From: an uncultured Bacillota bacterium
Lineage (GTDB): Bacteria; Bacillota_I; Bacilli_A; RF39; UBA660
Length of the DNA: 61,261 bases
Assembly (NCBI GenBank): GCA_902492995.1
Contig: CABUNR010000004.1
Coordinates: forward strand, 1-61,261
Direction of reading: 5' to 3'
Part shown: positions 40,652-53,118 of the stretch, piece by piece
Position numbering within the stretch: position 1 is the first letter of the stretch
Layout of the letters: every line of letters begins with the position of its first letter
Position numbers and translations under genes: made by a program
Notes under the pieces: generated by a model
Told to the model about the DNA's origin: nothing
Seen by the model: only the letters and a program-made list of their open reading frames with translations
Databases searched by the model: none

Positions 40652-41119
40652 ATGCGTAAAAGACGTGCTGAAAAAAGAGATGTACTTGCAGATCCAATGT
40701 ATAATTCTAAATTAGTTACTAAATTAGTAAATAGACTTATGCTAGATGGTAAAAAAGGTACTGCTCAAAAAATATTATATGAAGCATTTGATATAATAAA
40801 AGAAAAAACTGGTAAAGATCCTATGGAAGTTTTTGAAGCAGCAATGGAAAATATAAAACCAGCTTTAGAAGTTAAATCTCGTCGTGTAGGTGGGGCTAAT
40901 TATCAAGTACCTATCGAAGTTAGAGGAGATAGAAGTCAAGCTTTAGCACTTCGTTGGTTAGTACAATATGCTCGTTTACGTGGAGGTCACTCTATGGCAG
41001 AAAATTTAGCTAACGAAATTATTGACGCATCAGAAGGAACTGGTGCTGCAGTTAAAAAACGTGAAGATACACATAGAATGGCAGAAGCAAATAAAGCATT
41101 TGCACATTATCGTTGGTAA
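40652..41119 (+). CDS. rpsG: 30S ribosomal protein S7
   Basis: [24 protein letters not shown] ... [10 protein letters not shown]. Confidence 0.97.
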   Translation: MRKRRAEKRDVLADPMYNSKLVTKLVNRLMLDGKKGTAQKILYEAFDIIKEKTGKDPMEVFEAAMENIKPALEVKSRRVGGANYQVPIEVRGDRSQALALRWLVQYARLRGGHSMAENLANEIIDASEGTGAAVKKREDTHRMAEANKAFAHYRW

Positions 41120-41139
41120 TATAAGAAAGGAAAAATAGT

Positions 41140-43212
41140 ATGGCTCGTGAATATAGCTTAGAAAATACTCGTAACTTTGGTATCATGGCTCACATTGATG
41201 CCGGAAAAACAACTATGACAGAACGTATTTTGTTCCATACCCATAAAATTCATAAAATTGGAGAAACTCATGATGGAGCTTCTCAAATGGACTGGATGGA
41301 ACAAGAACAAGAACGTGGTATAACTATAACTTCAGCAGCAACGACTGCATACTGGAAAAATCATAGATTAAATATTATTGATACTCCAGGTCACGTTGAT
41401 TTTACAGTTGAAGTATCTAGATCACTTCGTGTACTTGATGGTGCTGTTGCACTTCTTGATTCAAATGCCGGAGTTGAACCACAAACTGAAACTGTTTGGA
41501 GACAAGCAGATGAATTTAAAGTTCCTCGTATTATTTTCTGTAATAAAATGGATAAGTTAGGTGCTAGTTTTGAAATGTCACTTAAATCTATTAAAGAAAG
41601 ATTAGGTGTAAATTATGCTCCTATTGAATGGCCAATTGGTGCAGAAAATGAATTTGATGGAATAATTGATTTAGTTACAATGAAAGCTTATCATTATGAT
41701 GGAAAACAAGAAGAAGAACCAACAGAAATTGAAATTCCAGATGAATTAAAAGATATAGCTGAGGAAAAACGTGCTGAATTAATTGAAGCAATTGCTGAAT
41801 TTGATGATGATTTAATGGAAAAATATCTTGAAGGAAAGGAATTATCTGTTGAACAAATTAAAGGTGCAATTCGTAAGGGAGTACTTGCAGTAGAATTCTT
41901 CCCAGTAATGTGTGGTACTGCACTTGGAAATAAAGGTACAAAATTATTACTTGATGCTGTTGTTGATTATTTACCAGCACCAACTGATATTGCATCAATA
42001 AAAGGTGTTGATATGAATGGAAATGAAATAGTTAGACATCCATCTGACTCAGAACCATTTAGTGCATTAGCATTTAAAGTAATGACAGATCCATTTGTTG
42101 GAAGACTTACTTTCTTTAGAGTTTATTCAGGACATATATCAAGTGGTTCATATGTTCTTAATGCAACTAAAGATAAAAAAGAAAGATTAGGACGTATTCT
42201 ACAAATGCATGCTAATAACAGAACAGAAATATCTGAAGTATTTACAGGAGATATAGCTGCAGCAGTAGGATTTAAAGATACTACTACTGGAGATACTTTA
42301 TGTGATGAAAAACATGCATGTATTCTAGAATCAATGGAATTCCCAGAACCAGTTATTGAACTTACTGTTGAACCAAAATCAAAAGCAGATCAAGACAAAA
42401 TGGGAATAGCACTTCAAAAACTAGCTGAAGAAGATCCAACATTTAGAGCTAGTACAAATCATGAAACTGGTCAAACTATAATTGCTGGTATGGGTGAATT
42501 ACACCTTGATATTATAGTTGACAGAATGAAAAGAGAATTTAATGTTGAAGCAAATATTGGTCAACCACAAGTTTCATATCGTGAAACAATAACTCAAGCT
42601 GGAGAATGTGAAGGTAAATATATTAAACAATCTGGTGGTCGTGGACAATATGGACACGTATGGGTTAAATTTGAACCTAATAAAGATAAAGGATATGAAT
42701 TCGTTGATGCTGTTGTAGGTGGAGTTGTTCCAAGAGAATATATTCCAGTTACAGATAAAGGACTTCAAGAAGCTATGCAAACAGGAATTTTAGCTGGATT
42801 CCCAATGATAGATGTTAAAGCAACATTATTTGATGGATCATACCATGATGTAGACTCATCAGAAATGGCATTCAAAATTGCTGCATCTATGGCACTTAAG
42901 GAAGCTAAAAATAAATGTAAACCAGTTATATTAGAACCAATTATGAAAGTTCAAGTAGTTGTTCCAGATGAATATCTAGGAAATGTAATGGGTGATATAA
43001 CTTCAAGAAGAGGTAAACCAATGGGTCAAGAATCTAGAGGTAATGCACTTGCAATTGATGCAATGGTTCCACTTGCTGAAATGTTTGGATATGTTACATC
43101 ACTTAGAAGTAACACACAAGGTAGAGGAAACTTTACAATGGTATTTGATCATTATGAAGAAGTTCCAAAAAATATTCAAGAAGAAATTATTAAGAAAAAT
43201 GGATCAAATTAA
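41140..43212 (+). CDS. fusA: Elongation factor G
   Basis: [28 protein letters not shown]. 690 aa. Confidence 0.97.
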   Translation: MAREYSLENTRNFGIMAHIDAGKTTMTERILFHTHKIHKIGETHDGASQMDWMEQEQERGITITSAATTAYWKNHRLNIIDTPGHVDFTVEVSRSLRVLDGAVALLDSNAGVEPQTETVWRQADEFKVPRIIFCNKMDKLGASFEMSLKSIKERLGVNYAPIEWPIGAENEFDGIIDLVTMKAYHYDGKQEEEPTEIEIPDELKDIAEEKRAELIEAIAEFDDDLMEKYLEGKELSVEQIKGAIRKGVLAVEFFPVMCGTALGNKGTKLLLDAVVDYLPAPTDIASIKGVDMNGNEIVRHPSDSEPFSALAFKVMTDPFVGRLTFFRVYSGHISSGSYVLNATKDKKERLGRILQMHANNRTEISEVFTGDIAAAVGFKDTTTGDTLCDEKHACILESMEFPEPVIELTVEPKSKADQDKMGIALQKLAEEDPTFRASTNHETGQTIIAGMGELHLDIIVDRMKREFNVEANIGQPQVSYRETITQAGECEGKYIKQSGGRGQYGHVWVKFEPNKDKGYEFVDAVVGGVVPREYIPVTDKGLQEAMQTGILAGFPMIDVKATLFDGSYHDVDSSEMAFKIAASMALKEAKNKCKPVILEPIMKVQVVVPDEYLGNVMGDITSRRGKPMGQESRGNALAIDAMVPLAEMFGYVTSLRSNTQGRGNFTMVFDHYEEVPKNIQEEIIKKNGSN

Positions 43213-43292
43213 TTAAAATAATTAAAAAGACTTGAAATTTTTATGCCAATAATATAAAATAGATTTGTAATATATAAAAGGAGGAAATAATT

Positions 43293-44477
43293 ATGGCAAA
43301 AGCAAAATATGATCGTTCAAAACCACATGTTAACATTGGTACAATTGGACACGTAGATCATGGTAAAACAACTTTAACTGCTGCTATTTCAAAATGCTTA
43401 GCAGGAAAATATGGTAACGAACAAGTTGACTTCGCTAACATTGATAAAGCACCAGAAGAAAGAGAACGTGGTATTACAATTAATACTGCACATATCGAAT
43501 ACTCAACAGAAAAAAGACACTACGCACACGTAGACTGTCCAGGACATGCTGATTATGTAAAAAATATGATTACAGGAGCAGCTCAAATGGATGGTGCAAT
43601 CTTAGTTATTGCAGCAACTGATGGACCTATGGCACAAACTCGTGAACATATCTTATTATCACGTCAAGTTGGTGTACCTCGTATGGTTGTATTCATGAAT
43701 AAATGTGATATGGTTGATGATGAAGAATTATTAGACCTTGTTGAAATGGAAATTCGTGAATTATTAAATGAATATGGATTCGACGGAGATAACACTCCAA
43801 TCATTAGAGGATCAGCTTTAAAAGCACTTGAAGGAGATCCAGCTTGGACATCAAAAATTGATGAACTTATGGATGCTGTTGACACTTGGATTGAAACTCC
43901 AGTTCATGACTTAGATAAACCATTCTTAATGCCAATTGAAGATGTGTTTACAATTACAGGACGTGGAACTGTAGTTACAGGACGTGTTGAAAGAGGACAA
44001 TTAAAACTTAATGATGAAGTTGAAATCGTTGGACTTAAACCAACACAAAAATCTGTTGTTACAGGAATTGAAATGTTCCGTAAACAATTAGATTCTGCAC
44101 AAGCAGGAGATAATGCTGGTATCTTATTACGTGGTATCTCAAGAGACGATGTAGAACGTGGTCAAGTATTAGCTAAACCAGGTTCAGTTACTCCACATAC
44201 TAAATTCAAAGCTCAAGTTTATGTACTAAGCAAAGAAGAAGGTGGAAGACATACTCCATTCTTCAGCAACTACCGTCCACAATTCTATTTCAGAACTACA
44301 GACGTAACTGGTGTTATTGAATTACCAGAAGGTGTTGAAATGGTTATGCCTGGAGATAACGTTGAAATGACAGTTGAATTAATAGCTCCAATCGCTATTG
44401 AAAATGGAACTAAATTCTCAATCCGTGAAGGTGGTAGAACTGTTGGTTCAGGAAATATCTCTGATATAATTGAATAA
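43293..44477 (+). CDS. tuf: Elongation factor Tu
   Basis: [22 protein letters not shown]. 394 aa. Confidence 0.98.
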   Translation: MAKAKYDRSKPHVNIGTIGHVDHGKTTLTAAISKCLAGKYGNEQVDFANIDKAPEERERGITINTAHIEYSTEKRHYAHVDCPGHADYVKNMITGAAQMDGAILVIAATDGPMAQTREHILLSRQVGVPRMVVFMNKCDMVDDEELLDLVEMEIRELLNEYGFDGDNTPIIRGSALKALEGDPAWTSKIDELMDAVDTWIETPVHDLDKPFLMPIEDVFTITGRGTVVTGRVERGQLKLNDEVEIVGLKPTQKSVVTGIEMFRKQLDSAQAGDNAGILLRGISRDDVERGQVLAKPGSVTPHTKFKAQVYVLSKEEGGRHTPFFSNYRPQFYFRTTDVTGVIELPEGVEMVMPGDNVEMTVELIAPIAIENGTKFSIREGGRTVGSGNISDIIE

Positions 44478-44481
44478 AATT

Positions 44482-44509
44482 AAAGCAAACATTATGTTTG
44501 CTTTTTTTT
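44482..44509. terminator. Bidirectional terminator between tuf (+) and the FemAB-like gene (-)
   Basis: AGCAAACA (44484-44491) / TGTTTGCT (44495-44502), T8 downstream and an A-run upstream. Confidence 0.75.
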
Positions 44510-44533
44510 GTAAAAAAATATAGAAAATTAATT

Positions 44534-45772
44534 CTATATTTTTAATATATTTTTAAGTGGTACAGCTTTATATAAATAATATAATGTATCATTACAAATT
44601 AATTCAATATCACCTAGATATTCATAGCAAAGTGAATTAAAATTAAATTTAAATGAGTTCAATCCTTTATATTGATTATTTATAGTATTTGGATTAGTAA
44701 CACCACCTAAATTAAATCTTTTCATTCCCATTTTAGAATACATTTCGCATAATTTCCATATAAGAAGATGCTTTGAATTTAAATTTTTATATTTTTTATC
44801 ATAGCCATCTATAAAGATATATGCTTCATCTTTATCTTTTATTATAAGAGCTGTTGATGTAATAATACCATTTGGATTTTCTTTTAAATATCTTGTTGCT
44901 TTAACTAGAACTTTTTTGTAATAATTCAATTTTTTATCTTCTTCCATTTTTTTTATAATATTTTTTTCATTATTTTCAATATTACTTGAAATAACAGTAC
45001 TATAATGTTGACATATTGCTTCTTGATTAAGATATTGTTTTTGAATTTTATTTAAATATTCATTTGTATCTAATTTGGTATAGAAAAATTCTGCATCTTT
45101 TCCAAATTTATTATAAATATTTTTAATGTAATTAAAGTTTCTAGAATATTTTGTTTTTATTTGAGCATATAAGTATTCAAGCTCATCAATTGATCCTTTA
45201 TATACTTTTATTCCGTTTGCCTCAGCACTTCTGATTTTTGTTCTAAATTCCTTTTTTATATTTTTAAATAAAATATAATATGGAACATTTAAATCTATTA
45301 CTGCTTCAAATCTTGGTTTTAATGCTTCAAAGTAGTTATTATAACCTAAATGTTTATATCCTAATTTATTTAAATTAAATATAATATTATCATAATAATT
45401 ATTATGATTAATTATATTATACTTCATATCAGTTATTGATTTTAATATGATAGGACATAGTTTTATCGATAGCACATTTTTTTTACTTAAATATTTTTTT
45501 AACATTGTAGTAAATGTTTTAAGTAAATTAAAGTTATTGTAATCTAGTAAGAATCCTCTAGGTGCATATCCATATTTAACTTTTCCTTTTTTTTCAATTA
45601 TTATTAAAGAAGCTGCTAAGATATTTTCATTATCAACTAATCCAAGTAATAATGTTTCAAAGTTTTCTAAATTCATTACTTCTTTATATGGTACACTTTG
45701 ATATAAAGATGATGAATTAAAGCTATTTTTAAATTTATTAAATTCTAAATCAGTTAATTCTTTTAATATCAT
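44534..45772 (-). CDS. FemAB/MurM-family peptidoglycan interpeptide-bridge aminoacyltransferase
   Basis: 412 aa, typical size and layout. C-terminal HLLIWKLCEMYSKMGMKRFNLGGV resembles the FemAB block (..llqweaI.wAk..G...yDfgGi). Recognised by motif only. Confidence 0.6.
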   Translation of the reverse strand: MILKELTDLEFNKFKNSFNSSSLYQSVPYKEVMNLENFETLLLGLVDNENILAASLIIIEKKGKVKYGYAPRGFLLDYNNFNLLKTFTTMLKKYLSKKNVLSIKLCPIILKSITDMKYNIINHNNYYDNIIFNLNKLGYKHLGYNNYFEALKPRFEAVIDLNVPYYILFKNIKKEFRTKIRSAEANGIKVYKGSIDELEYLYAQIKTKYSRNFNYIKNIYNKFGKDAEFFYTKLDTNEYLNKIQKQYLNQEAICQHYSTVISSNIENNEKNIIKKMEEDKKLNYYKKVLVKATRYLKENPNGIITSTALIIKDKDEAYIFIDGYDKKYKNLNSKHLLIWKLCEMYSKMGMKRFNLGGVTNPNTINNQYKGLNSFKFNFNSLCYEYLGDIELICNDTLYYLYKAVPLKNILKI

Positions 45773-45878
45773 TATAATCTCCTTTCATATAGTGTATTAT
45801 AACATATTTTATTTTTAAAATATATACTATTAACAATAATTCTTTTTTTTGATATAATTATTTTGGGAGAATGATAAT

Positions 45879-47210
45879 ATGTTTGAAAATAAAAAAATAT
45901 TTATATTTGGAATGGCTAAGAGTGGATATGAAGCTGCTAAATTACTTTCTAAATATAACAATGAAATAATTATAACAGACAGTAAAATGCAAGATGAAAA
46001 TCATATTAAAGAGTTAGAAAGCTTAAACGTAAAGGTTGTAATTACAGATAATCAAATCGATTTAATTGATGAATCATTTGATTATATGATTAAAAATCCT
46101 GGTATACCAGCTAATAACCCTTTAGTTGTAAAGGCAAAAAGTTTAAATATTAAAGTAATAAATGAAATAGAAGCTGCTTATCACTTTTTACCTAAAAATG
46201 TAAAAATTATTGGAATAACTGGCTCAAATGGTAAGACGACAACAACAACAATTACTTATGAGATGCTAAAGATGAAATATGATAATGTATATTTAGGTGG
46301 TAATATAGGATATCCTTTGTCACAAATAGTTGAAAATATAAAAGAAAATTCTATATTAGTTATGGAAATATCAGATCATCAATTATGTGATATGTATGAC
46401 TTTAAAACAGATATAAGTATGTTACTTAATTTAGTTCATGCTCATATAGATTTTCATGGAACATATGAAAAATATATGGAAATGAAAAAGAGAATATTTA
46501 ATAATCATACAGAAAAAGATATAGCAATACTAAATTATAATAATAATGATGTTTTATCTTTGACAGGTGATATCAAATCAAAAAAGATTTATTTTTCAAG
46601 TACAAGTGTAAAAGATGCTTATATAAAAAATGGTGCTATTTATTATAAAAATGAGGAAGTTATTAAGTTAGATAAAATAAAATTAAAAGGAATTCACAAT
46701 TATGAAAATATAATGGCATCAATCATTGCTTTAAAAGAATTTGATGTAGAAAATGAAATAATTGAAAAATATTTATCTAATTTTAATGGAGTAGAACATA
46801 GAATTGAATATGTTAGAACATTAAATGGAAGAGTATTTTATAATGATTCAAAATCTACAAATAATGAAGCAACAATTACAGCTTTAAAAACTTTTAATAC
46901 ACCAACTATTTTAATTATGGGTGGATTAGATAGAAATATTCCTTTTGATGATTTAAAAGAATATTTAACTAATGTTAAAGCAATTGTATGTTTTGGAGAA
47001 ACAAAAGATAAAATAAAAGAATTTGCAAACAAAAATAACTTAGAATGTTATGTTCTTGATGATTTAGAAAGTTCTACTAAAAAAGCATATGAGATAAGTA
47101 GTGATAAAGATACGATTTTATTATCTCCAGCATGTGCTTCATGGGATCAATTTAAATCATTTGAAGATAGAGGAGATTTATTTAAAAAAATAGTTAATGA
47201 ATTAAATTAG
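45879..47210 (+). CDS. murD: UDP-N-acetylmuramoylalanine--D-glutamate ligase
   Basis: Rossmann N-terminus IFGMAKSG, Mur ligase P-loop [12 protein letters not shown]-terminal NDSKSTN. Confidence 0.92.
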   Translation: MFENKKIFIFGMAKSGYEAAKLLSKYNNEIIITDSKMQDENHIKELESLNVKVVITDNQIDLIDESFDYMIKNPGIPANNPLVVKAKSLNIKVINEIEAAYHFLPKNVKIIGITGSNGKTTTTTITYEMLKMKYDNVYLGGNIGYPLSQIVENIKENSILVMEISDHQLCDMYDFKTDISMLLNLVHAHIDFHGTYEKYMEMKKRIFNNHTEKDIAILNYNNNDVLSLTGDIKSKKIYFSSTSVKDAYIKNGAIYYKNEEVIKLDKIKLKGIHNYENIMASIIALKEFDVENEIIEKYLSNFNGVEHRIEYVRTLNGRVFYNDSKSTNNEATITALKTFNTPTILIMGGLDRNIPFDDLKEYLTNVKAIVCFGETKDKIKEFANKNNLECYVLDDLESSTKKAYEISSDKDTILLSPACASWDQFKSFEDRGDLFKKIVNELN

Positions 47211-47223
47211 GAAAGAGGATAAT

Positions 47224-48465
47224 ATGAAAATAAAAAATGTAATAGGACGTGAAGTACTTGATTCAAGAGGAAACCCAACTGTTGAGGTTGATGTTATATT
47301 AGAAGATGGAACACTTGGTAGAGCAATAGTCCCATCTGGAGCATCAACTGGAGTTAGAGAAGCATTAGAACTTAGAGATGGTGGAAGCCGTTTTATGGGG
47401 AAGGGTGTTTTAAAAGCTGTAGAAAATGTTAATGGACCATTAAGAGATTTAGTAATTGATATGGATGCATCAAATCAAAAAGAACTTGATTATGCTATGA
47501 TAAATCTAGATGGTACTCAAACAAAAAGCAAATTTGGAGCTAATGCTATTTTAGGTATTAGTATGGCAAGTATGAAAGCTATGGCAAATAGTGAGAAAAA
47601 ACCACTTTATAAATATGTTAATGAAAAATATGGAAATGGTAAAATGTCAGAACCAAGACCAATGATGAATATTATTAATGGTGGAGCTCATGCTGATAAT
47701 AGACTTGACTTTCAAGAATATATGATTATACCAATGGCTGATACAATTCATGATAGAGTAAGAATTGGTGCAGAAGTATTTCATAATTTAAAAAATGTTT
47801 TAAAAGCTAAAGGATTAGTTACTAGTGTTGGTGATGAAGGTGGATTTGCTCCTGATTTAAATTCAAATAGTGAAGGCTTTGAACTTATAATGGAAGCAAT
47901 TAAAGCTGCAGGATATGAACCTGGTAGGGATGTATGTATGGCAATAGATGTTGCAGCATCAGAATTTTACAATAACGGAAAATATGAGTTAAAAGGTGAA
48001 GGAAGAACTCTTACAACAGAAGAATTGATTTTGTATTATGAAGAATTAGTAAATAAGTATCCTATCATTTCTATTGAAGATCCTGTTGATGAAAATGATT
48101 GGGATGGATTTAGATTAGTTACAGAAAAAATAGGTGATAAAGTTCAATTAGTTGGTGATGATTTATTTGTTACAAACAAAAAATGTTTACAAATGGGTAT
48201 TGATAAAAAAGCTGGAAATGCTATTCTATTGAAAGTTAATCAAATTGGTACTATAACTGAAACTTTAGAAACAATAAAGCTTGCAAGAGAAAATAATTAT
48301 GCAACTATAATTTCACATAGAAGTGGTGAAACTGAGGATACAACAATTGCTGATTTAGCTGTAGGACTTGATTTAGGACAAATAAAAACAGGATCTATGT
48401 CTAGAACAGATAGAATTTGTAAATATAACCAATTAATGAGAATTGAGGAAGAATTAAGTAAGTGA
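47224..48465 (+). CDS. eno: Enolase (phosphopyruvate hydratase)
   Basis: [37 protein letters not shown]. Confidence 0.96.
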   Translation: MKIKNVIGREVLDSRGNPTVEVDVILEDGTLGRAIVPSGASTGVREALELRDGGSRFMGKGVLKAVENVNGPLRDLVIDMDASNQKELDYAMINLDGTQTKSKFGANAILGISMASMKAMANSEKKPLYKYVNEKYGNGKMSEPRPMMNIINGGAHADNRLDFQEYMIIPMADTIHDRVRIGAEVFHNLKNVLKAKGLVTSVGDEGGFAPDLNSNSEGFELIMEAIKAAGYEPGRDVCMAIDVAASEFYNNGKYELKGEGRTLTTEELILYYEELVNKYPIISIEDPVDENDWDGFRLVTEKIGDKVQLVGDDLFVTNKKCLQMGIDKKAGNAILLKVNQIGTITETLETIKLARENNYATIISHRSGETEDTTIADLAVGLDLGQIKTGSMSRTDRICKYNQLMRIEEELSK

Positions 48466-48486
48466 GATTAAAGTATCTCACTTTTA
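48461..48486 (+). terminator. Rho-independent terminator after eno
   Basis: AGTGAGAT / ATCTCACT stem overlapping the TGA stop, followed by TTTAT. Confidence 0.6.
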
Positions 48487-48511
48487 TGTTATAATATAAC
48501 TAGGTGATTTT

Positions 48512-50683
48512 ATGTTTGTAGAAGTACTTGTAGAAATTAAAGCAAAAAAAATAGATAAAACATTTACATATAGTGTTCCAAAAAATTTAGAAAAAAGTAT
48601 AGAAATAGGTAAGAGAGTTTTAGTACCTTTTGGTAAACAAAAATTAGAGGGTTTTATTTTAAAGTTGCTTAATAATAAAACATTTGATTATGAAACAAAA
48701 GATATTATAGATGTAATTGATATAAAACCTGTATTAAATAATGAATTATTAAAACTTGGAATTTTTATAAAAGAAAAAACTTTATGTAATTTAATAACTG
48801 CATATCAAACTATGTTACCAACTGCTTTAAAAGCAAAACATAAAATTAAAATAAATAAAAAATATATTACTTATTTAAGTTTAAATAGAAATTATAATGA
48901 TGCAATAACAGTAGCAACAAATGAAAACCAAAAATTAATAATTGAAAAATTAAAAAATAATAAAATTAAAAAAAGTGATTTAAAAAATCTTTCTTTATCA
49001 AGTATAAATACGTTAATAAAAAAAGATGTAATAAAAGAAGAAAAAATAGAAAAATATAGACTTAAAAATAATTATATAAAAGATACTATAAAGCCTAAAT
49101 TAACTAAAGAGCAAGAGCAAGCTATAACTAAGATAAATAATGATTATGAAAAGCCTGTACTTCTTCATGGAGTAACTGGAAGTGGAAAAACAGAAGTTTA
49201 TATGCAAGTGATTGAAAATAATTTGAGGGAAGGTAAAACCGCTATTGTTTTAGTTCCAGAAATTAGTTTAACTCCACAACTTGTTTCAACGTTTAAAAGT
49301 CGTTTTAAGGATGATATAGCTATATTACATAGTGGTTTATCAGATGGTGAAAAATATGATGAGTGGAGAAAAATAGAAAATAATGATGTATCTATTGTAA
49401 TAGGTGCTAGAAGTGCCATATTTGCTCCTTTAAATAAAATAGGTGTCATTATAATAGATGAAGAACATTCATCAAATTATAAGCAAGAAAATAATCCTAA
49501 ATATAATACTATAGATATAGCTTTATTTAGAACAAAGTATAATAATGCTAAATTAATACTTGGAAGTGCAACTCCTTCTATAGAATCATATACAAAAGCA
49601 AAAATAGGTATATATGATTTAGTAGAAATGAAAAATAGAGTAAATAATAATTTACCTCATGTAACATTAGTTGATATGAAAGAGGAATATAGAAAAGGCA
49701 ATAAAATTATATCTGACGAATTAAAAAATAAAATGATAAAAGCTATTAATAATGGTGAACAAGTAATGCTTTTACTTAATAGAAGAGGCTATTCAACTAC
49801 AACAGTATGTAAAGAATGTGGTTATACTTTAAAATGTCCAAATTGTGATATACCTCTTGTTTATCATAAGAATTCTAATTATTCTAGATGTCATTATTGT
49901 GGGTATGCTATTAAAAAAATTGTAAAATGTCCAAATTGTGATAGTGAAGATATAAATGATTATGGAATGGGTACTGAAAAATTAGAACAATATATAAAAC
50001 TTAATATAGAAAATTCTAAAGTTATTAGAATGGATGTAGATACAACTAGTAAAAAAGGTGCTCATGAAAAAATAATAAAACAATTTGAAAATAAAGAATA
50101 TAATGTGTTGATTGGAACACAAATGATATCAAAAGGTTTAGATTTTCCATTTGTATCAGTAGTGGGTGTTATTAATGCTGATCAAACTCTTAATATTCCT
50201 GATTTTAGAAGTAGTGAGAGAACCTTTGAACTTTTAAATCAAGTTGCTGGAAGAGCTGGAAGATCTAAAATTAAAGGTGAAGTTGTTATTCAAGGATTCA
50301 ATATTGATCACTATAGTATAGTAACTTCAAGTAACCATGATTATAAAACTTTTTATAATTTAGAGCTTGGCATTAGAAAAAAATTAGGTTATAGTCCTTA
50401 TTATAATCTATGTTTAATAAAATTATCATATAAAGATTTTGATACTTTATTAAAAGAAGGAAACAAGATTGTATCTTATTTAAAAAGTAAAAATTTAGCT
50501 AATACAAAAATACTTGGACCTAGTGTTTCTAGTATTCCAAAAATTAACAATATTTATTATGTTAGTATTGTTATAAAATATAAAAATACAAATGAATTAA
50601 AAAAAGAATTGATATATATAGATAATCTTTATAAAACTAAAAAGGTAAATTTAGAATGTGATTTAAATCCAATTAGATTATAA
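48512..50683 (+). CDS. priA: Primosomal protein N' (replication restart helicase PriA)
   Basis: Walker A GVTGSGKTEVY, DEEH, and two CxxC...CxxC zinc-binding clusters (CKECGY..CPNCD, CHYCGY..CPNCD). Confidence 0.93.
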   Translation: MFVEVLVEIKAKKIDKTFTYSVPKNLEKSIEIGKRVLVPFGKQKLEGFILKLLNNKTFDYETKDIIDVIDIKPVLNNELLKLGIFIKEKTLCNLITAYQTMLPTALKAKHKIKINKKYITYLSLNRNYNDAITVATNENQKLIIEKLKNNKIKKSDLKNLSLSSINTLIKKDVIKEEKIEKYRLKNNYIKDTIKPKLTKEQEQAITKINNDYEKPVLLHGVTGSGKTEVYMQVIENNLREGKTAIVLVPEISLTPQLVSTFKSRFKDDIAILHSGLSDGEKYDEWRKIENNDVSIVIGARSAIFAPLNKIGVIIIDEEHSSNYKQENNPKYNTIDIALFRTKYNNAKLILGSATPSIESYTKAKIGIYDLVEMKNRVNNNLPHVTLVDMKEEYRKGNKIISDELKNKMIKAINNGEQVMLLLNRRGYSTTTVCKECGYTLKCPNCDIPLVYHKNSNYSRCHYCGYAIKKIVKCPNCDSEDINDYGMGTEKLEQYIKLNIENSKVIRMDVDTTSKKGAHEKIIKQFENKEYNVLIGTQMISKGLDFPFVSVVGVINADQTLNIPDFRSSERTFELLNQVAGRAGRSKIKGEVVIQGFNIDHYSIVTSSNHDYKTFYNLELGIRKKLGYSPYYNLCLIKLSYKDFDTLLKEGNKIVSYLKSKNLANTKILGPSVSSIPKINNIYYVSIVIKYKNTNELKKELIYIDNLYKTKKVNLECDLNPIRL

Positions 50684-50751
50684 AATTTGTCGAAAAAAAT
50701 CTTGATAAATGATTACATCTCATATATAATTATTATGTTAGGAGAGTAAAA

Positions 50752-52044
50752 ATGGAGAAGAAGTTTAGAATTATAAGTATCTTATTTATAATAGGATGTT
50801 TTATTTATTATGGGGGAAGATTTGGATATTATTATATGAAATATAATAAAAAATCTAGTAATACAGAAGAAAGTGAAGTACTTGCTGTTACAATTCAAAA
50901 ACAAGGAATTGTAAGTAGTGGAGATGGTCTTTATAATAATAGTGGTGAACTAATTTATAAGGGTAAAAATGTTAACAATTATTTATCTTACTCTAATATT
51001 TTATGGCGTATTGTAAAAGTTAATAGTGATAATTCAATTGTTTTAGTAACAGATAGTAAGATTAATGACTTAGCTTATGGTGTATCAAATAGTACTTATT
51101 TAAAATCAAATATTAATGATTATTTAAATAAAAGTTTAGAAAATACAGGAATATTTGAGACAATATTAAATAATAAAGAAAAATTATTGACTAAAAATAC
51201 TTTGTGTTTAGATGATGTTAATAATATAAAAAAGATAACTTGTAAAAATAAAGATACAAATATGTATGTTAGTTTATTAAGTGTTAGTGATTATTTAAAT
51301 AGTAAAAATAGTGATAGTTATATTAATAATGTTGATACGTTATGGCTTTATAATAAAACTAGTGATAATAAAGCTTGGTATATAAATAATGGTAAATTAC
51401 TTAAGGGGTCAACACTTAATATGCATGGAGTAAAAGCTGTTATTACTTTAAAAAATACTATAGGTAGTATATCTGGAGATGGATCTTTAAATAATCCTTA
51501 TAAAATAGAAAAAGATGATAATGAAGTTTCATTTAATAAATATGTTAAATTAGGTAATGATTTATATACTATAAATGATATTAATTCATCTAGTATTAAA
51601 CTTGTTTCAACGACTTTAATTAATGATATAACTTCTAGAAGTATTAATTATTATAATAAAAATTTTGATTCTAAAGTTACATCATCTATAGCTTATTATT
51701 TAAATAATAAATATTATAATAGTTTATCATATAAAAATATTTTAACTGATTGTACTTTTTATACAGGTGATTATAATAAATTAACAAATTATGATTATAA
51801 AAATATCTATAAAGGGAAAGTTATATCTAAAGTTGGATTATTATCAATTGCTGATTTAAACTTAAATAATAATTTAACCGATTATTTTACTTTAAATAAA
51901 TTAGATAATAAAATTTATTATGTAAAAAATAATGATACAAATATTTCTTCAATTAATAAAATACGAACTAGTATTTGTATAGATAAAAATACTAAATTAA
52001 AAGGTAATGGAACAAAAACAAATCCATTCGAATTAGAGGTGTAG
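50752..52044 (+). CDS. Hypothetical N-terminally anchored extracytoplasmic protein
   Basis: TM IISILFIIGCFIYYGG followed by an Asn/Ser/Tyr-rich 400-aa region. No family was recognised. Abuts the next gene (1-nt gap). Confidence 0.5.
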   Translation: MEKKFRIISILFIIGCFIYYGGRFGYYYMKYNKKSSNTEESEVLAVTIQKQGIVSSGDGLYNNSGELIYKGKNVNNYLSYSNILWRIVKVNSDNSIVLVTDSKINDLAYGVSNSTYLKSNINDYLNKSLENTGIFETILNNKEKLLTKNTLCLDDVNNIKKITCKNKDTNMYVSLLSVSDYLNSKNSDSYINNVDTLWLYNKTSDNKAWYINNGKLLKGSTLNMHGVKAVITLKNTIGSISGDGSLNNPYKIEKDDNEVSFNKYVKLGNDLYTINDINSSSIKLVSTTLINDITSRSINYYNKNFDSKVTSSIAYYLNNKYYNSLSYKNILTDCTFYTGDYNKLTNYDYKNIYKGKVISKVGLLSIADLNLNNNLTDYFTLNKLDNKIYYVKNNDTNISSINKIRTSICIDKNTKLKGNGTKTNPFELEV

Positions 52045-52045
52045 T

Positions 52046-53062
52046 ATGAAGGAAAAAAGAATAAAAAAGAAATCAACATATTTTATTATTTTATTAGATA
52101 TTTTAGTAGTAGTATGCTTTTTTCTAGCATATGGACCAATTGGGTATTTTAGAAATTTATTTGTAAATACAGCTTTAAAAACTATGAATCATAAATATTT
52201 TGCTTATGTTTTATATAGTGAAGCAACTGTTGAACATATAAAAAATAGTAATTATTTTGTAAGAATAAGTGATACAACAGATATTAATGATATAGTGATT
52301 GATACAAAAGAAAAAAATACATATGATAATGAATATGATAAAGCCATATTAACTCGTGATAATAAAAATGATGATTATAAGGTCTTAAATATTAAAGTAG
52401 GAAGCGCTAATGCACATTTAGTTGCAATATATGATCCTTCTAAAGTACACTTGATAAGCAAAGAACAACTTGGTACACAATACGGTGAGAGAGTTATTAC
52501 TATGTGTAAGAGAAATAAAGGTAAGGTTTGTATTAATGGTGGAGGATTTGTTGATAAAGGATATGGTAGTGGAATACCAAATGGTTATGTTGTAAAGAAT
52601 GGTAAAATTATATGGTCTGATGGATATAATTCTAAAGCAGAACTTATTGGATTTACATATGATAATAAATTACTTTTAACAACTGATTCAGCAGAAAATG
52701 CTATTAAAAATAAAAACTTAAGAGATGCACTTGAATTTGGACCTTTCTTAATCGTTAACGGAAAACCTCTTGAAATAGTTGGTGATCCTTGGGGAAAGGC
52801 TCCAAGAGTTGCAATTGCTCAAAGAAAAGATGGAGTTGTTCTATTCTTAGTTGTTGATGGAGAAAATTATTTGTTTGGAGCATCACTTAAAGATATGATA
52901 GGAACTTTACAAAAATATGGTGCATATAATGCTGCTAATTTAGATGGTGGTACTAGTGCAACTTTAATAATAAATAATGAACTTGTAAATAATCCAGCAG
53001 GTGGTGCAAAAGAAACTGGTGGAAGATATGTAATTACTGGATGGGGATTACTTTCAAATTAG
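52046..53062 (+). CDS. Phosphodiester glycosidase (NAGPA/DUF2233) family protein
   Basis: N-terminal TM. Conserved blocks INGGGF, FGPFLIVNGK, APRVAIAQRKDG and NLDGGTSATL are typical of the family. Confidence 0.7.
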   Translation: MKEKRIKKKSTYFIILLDILVVVCFFLAYGPIGYFRNLFVNTALKTMNHKYFAYVLYSEATVEHIKNSNYFVRISDTTDINDIVIDTKEKNTYDNEYDKAILTRDNKNDDYKVLNIKVGSANAHLVAIYDPSKVHLISKEQLGTQYGERVITMCKRNKGKVCINGGGFVDKGYGSGIPNGYVVKNGKIIWSDGYNSKAELIGFTYDNKLLLTTDSAENAIKNKNLRDALEFGPFLIVNGKPLEIVGDPWGKAPRVAIAQRKDGVVLFLVVDGENYLFGASLKDMIGTLQKYGAYNAANLDGGTSATLIINNELVNNPAGGAKETGGRYVITGWGLLSN

Positions 53063-53085
53063 AACACAATGTGTTCTTTTCTTTT
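53061..53085 (+). terminator. Rho-independent terminator
   Basis: AGAACAC (53061-67) / GTGTTCT (53071-77) followed by a T-rich run. Confidence 0.65.
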
Positions 53086-53118
53086 ATTTTTTGATATAAT
53101 GTAATAGGAGGTTATTCT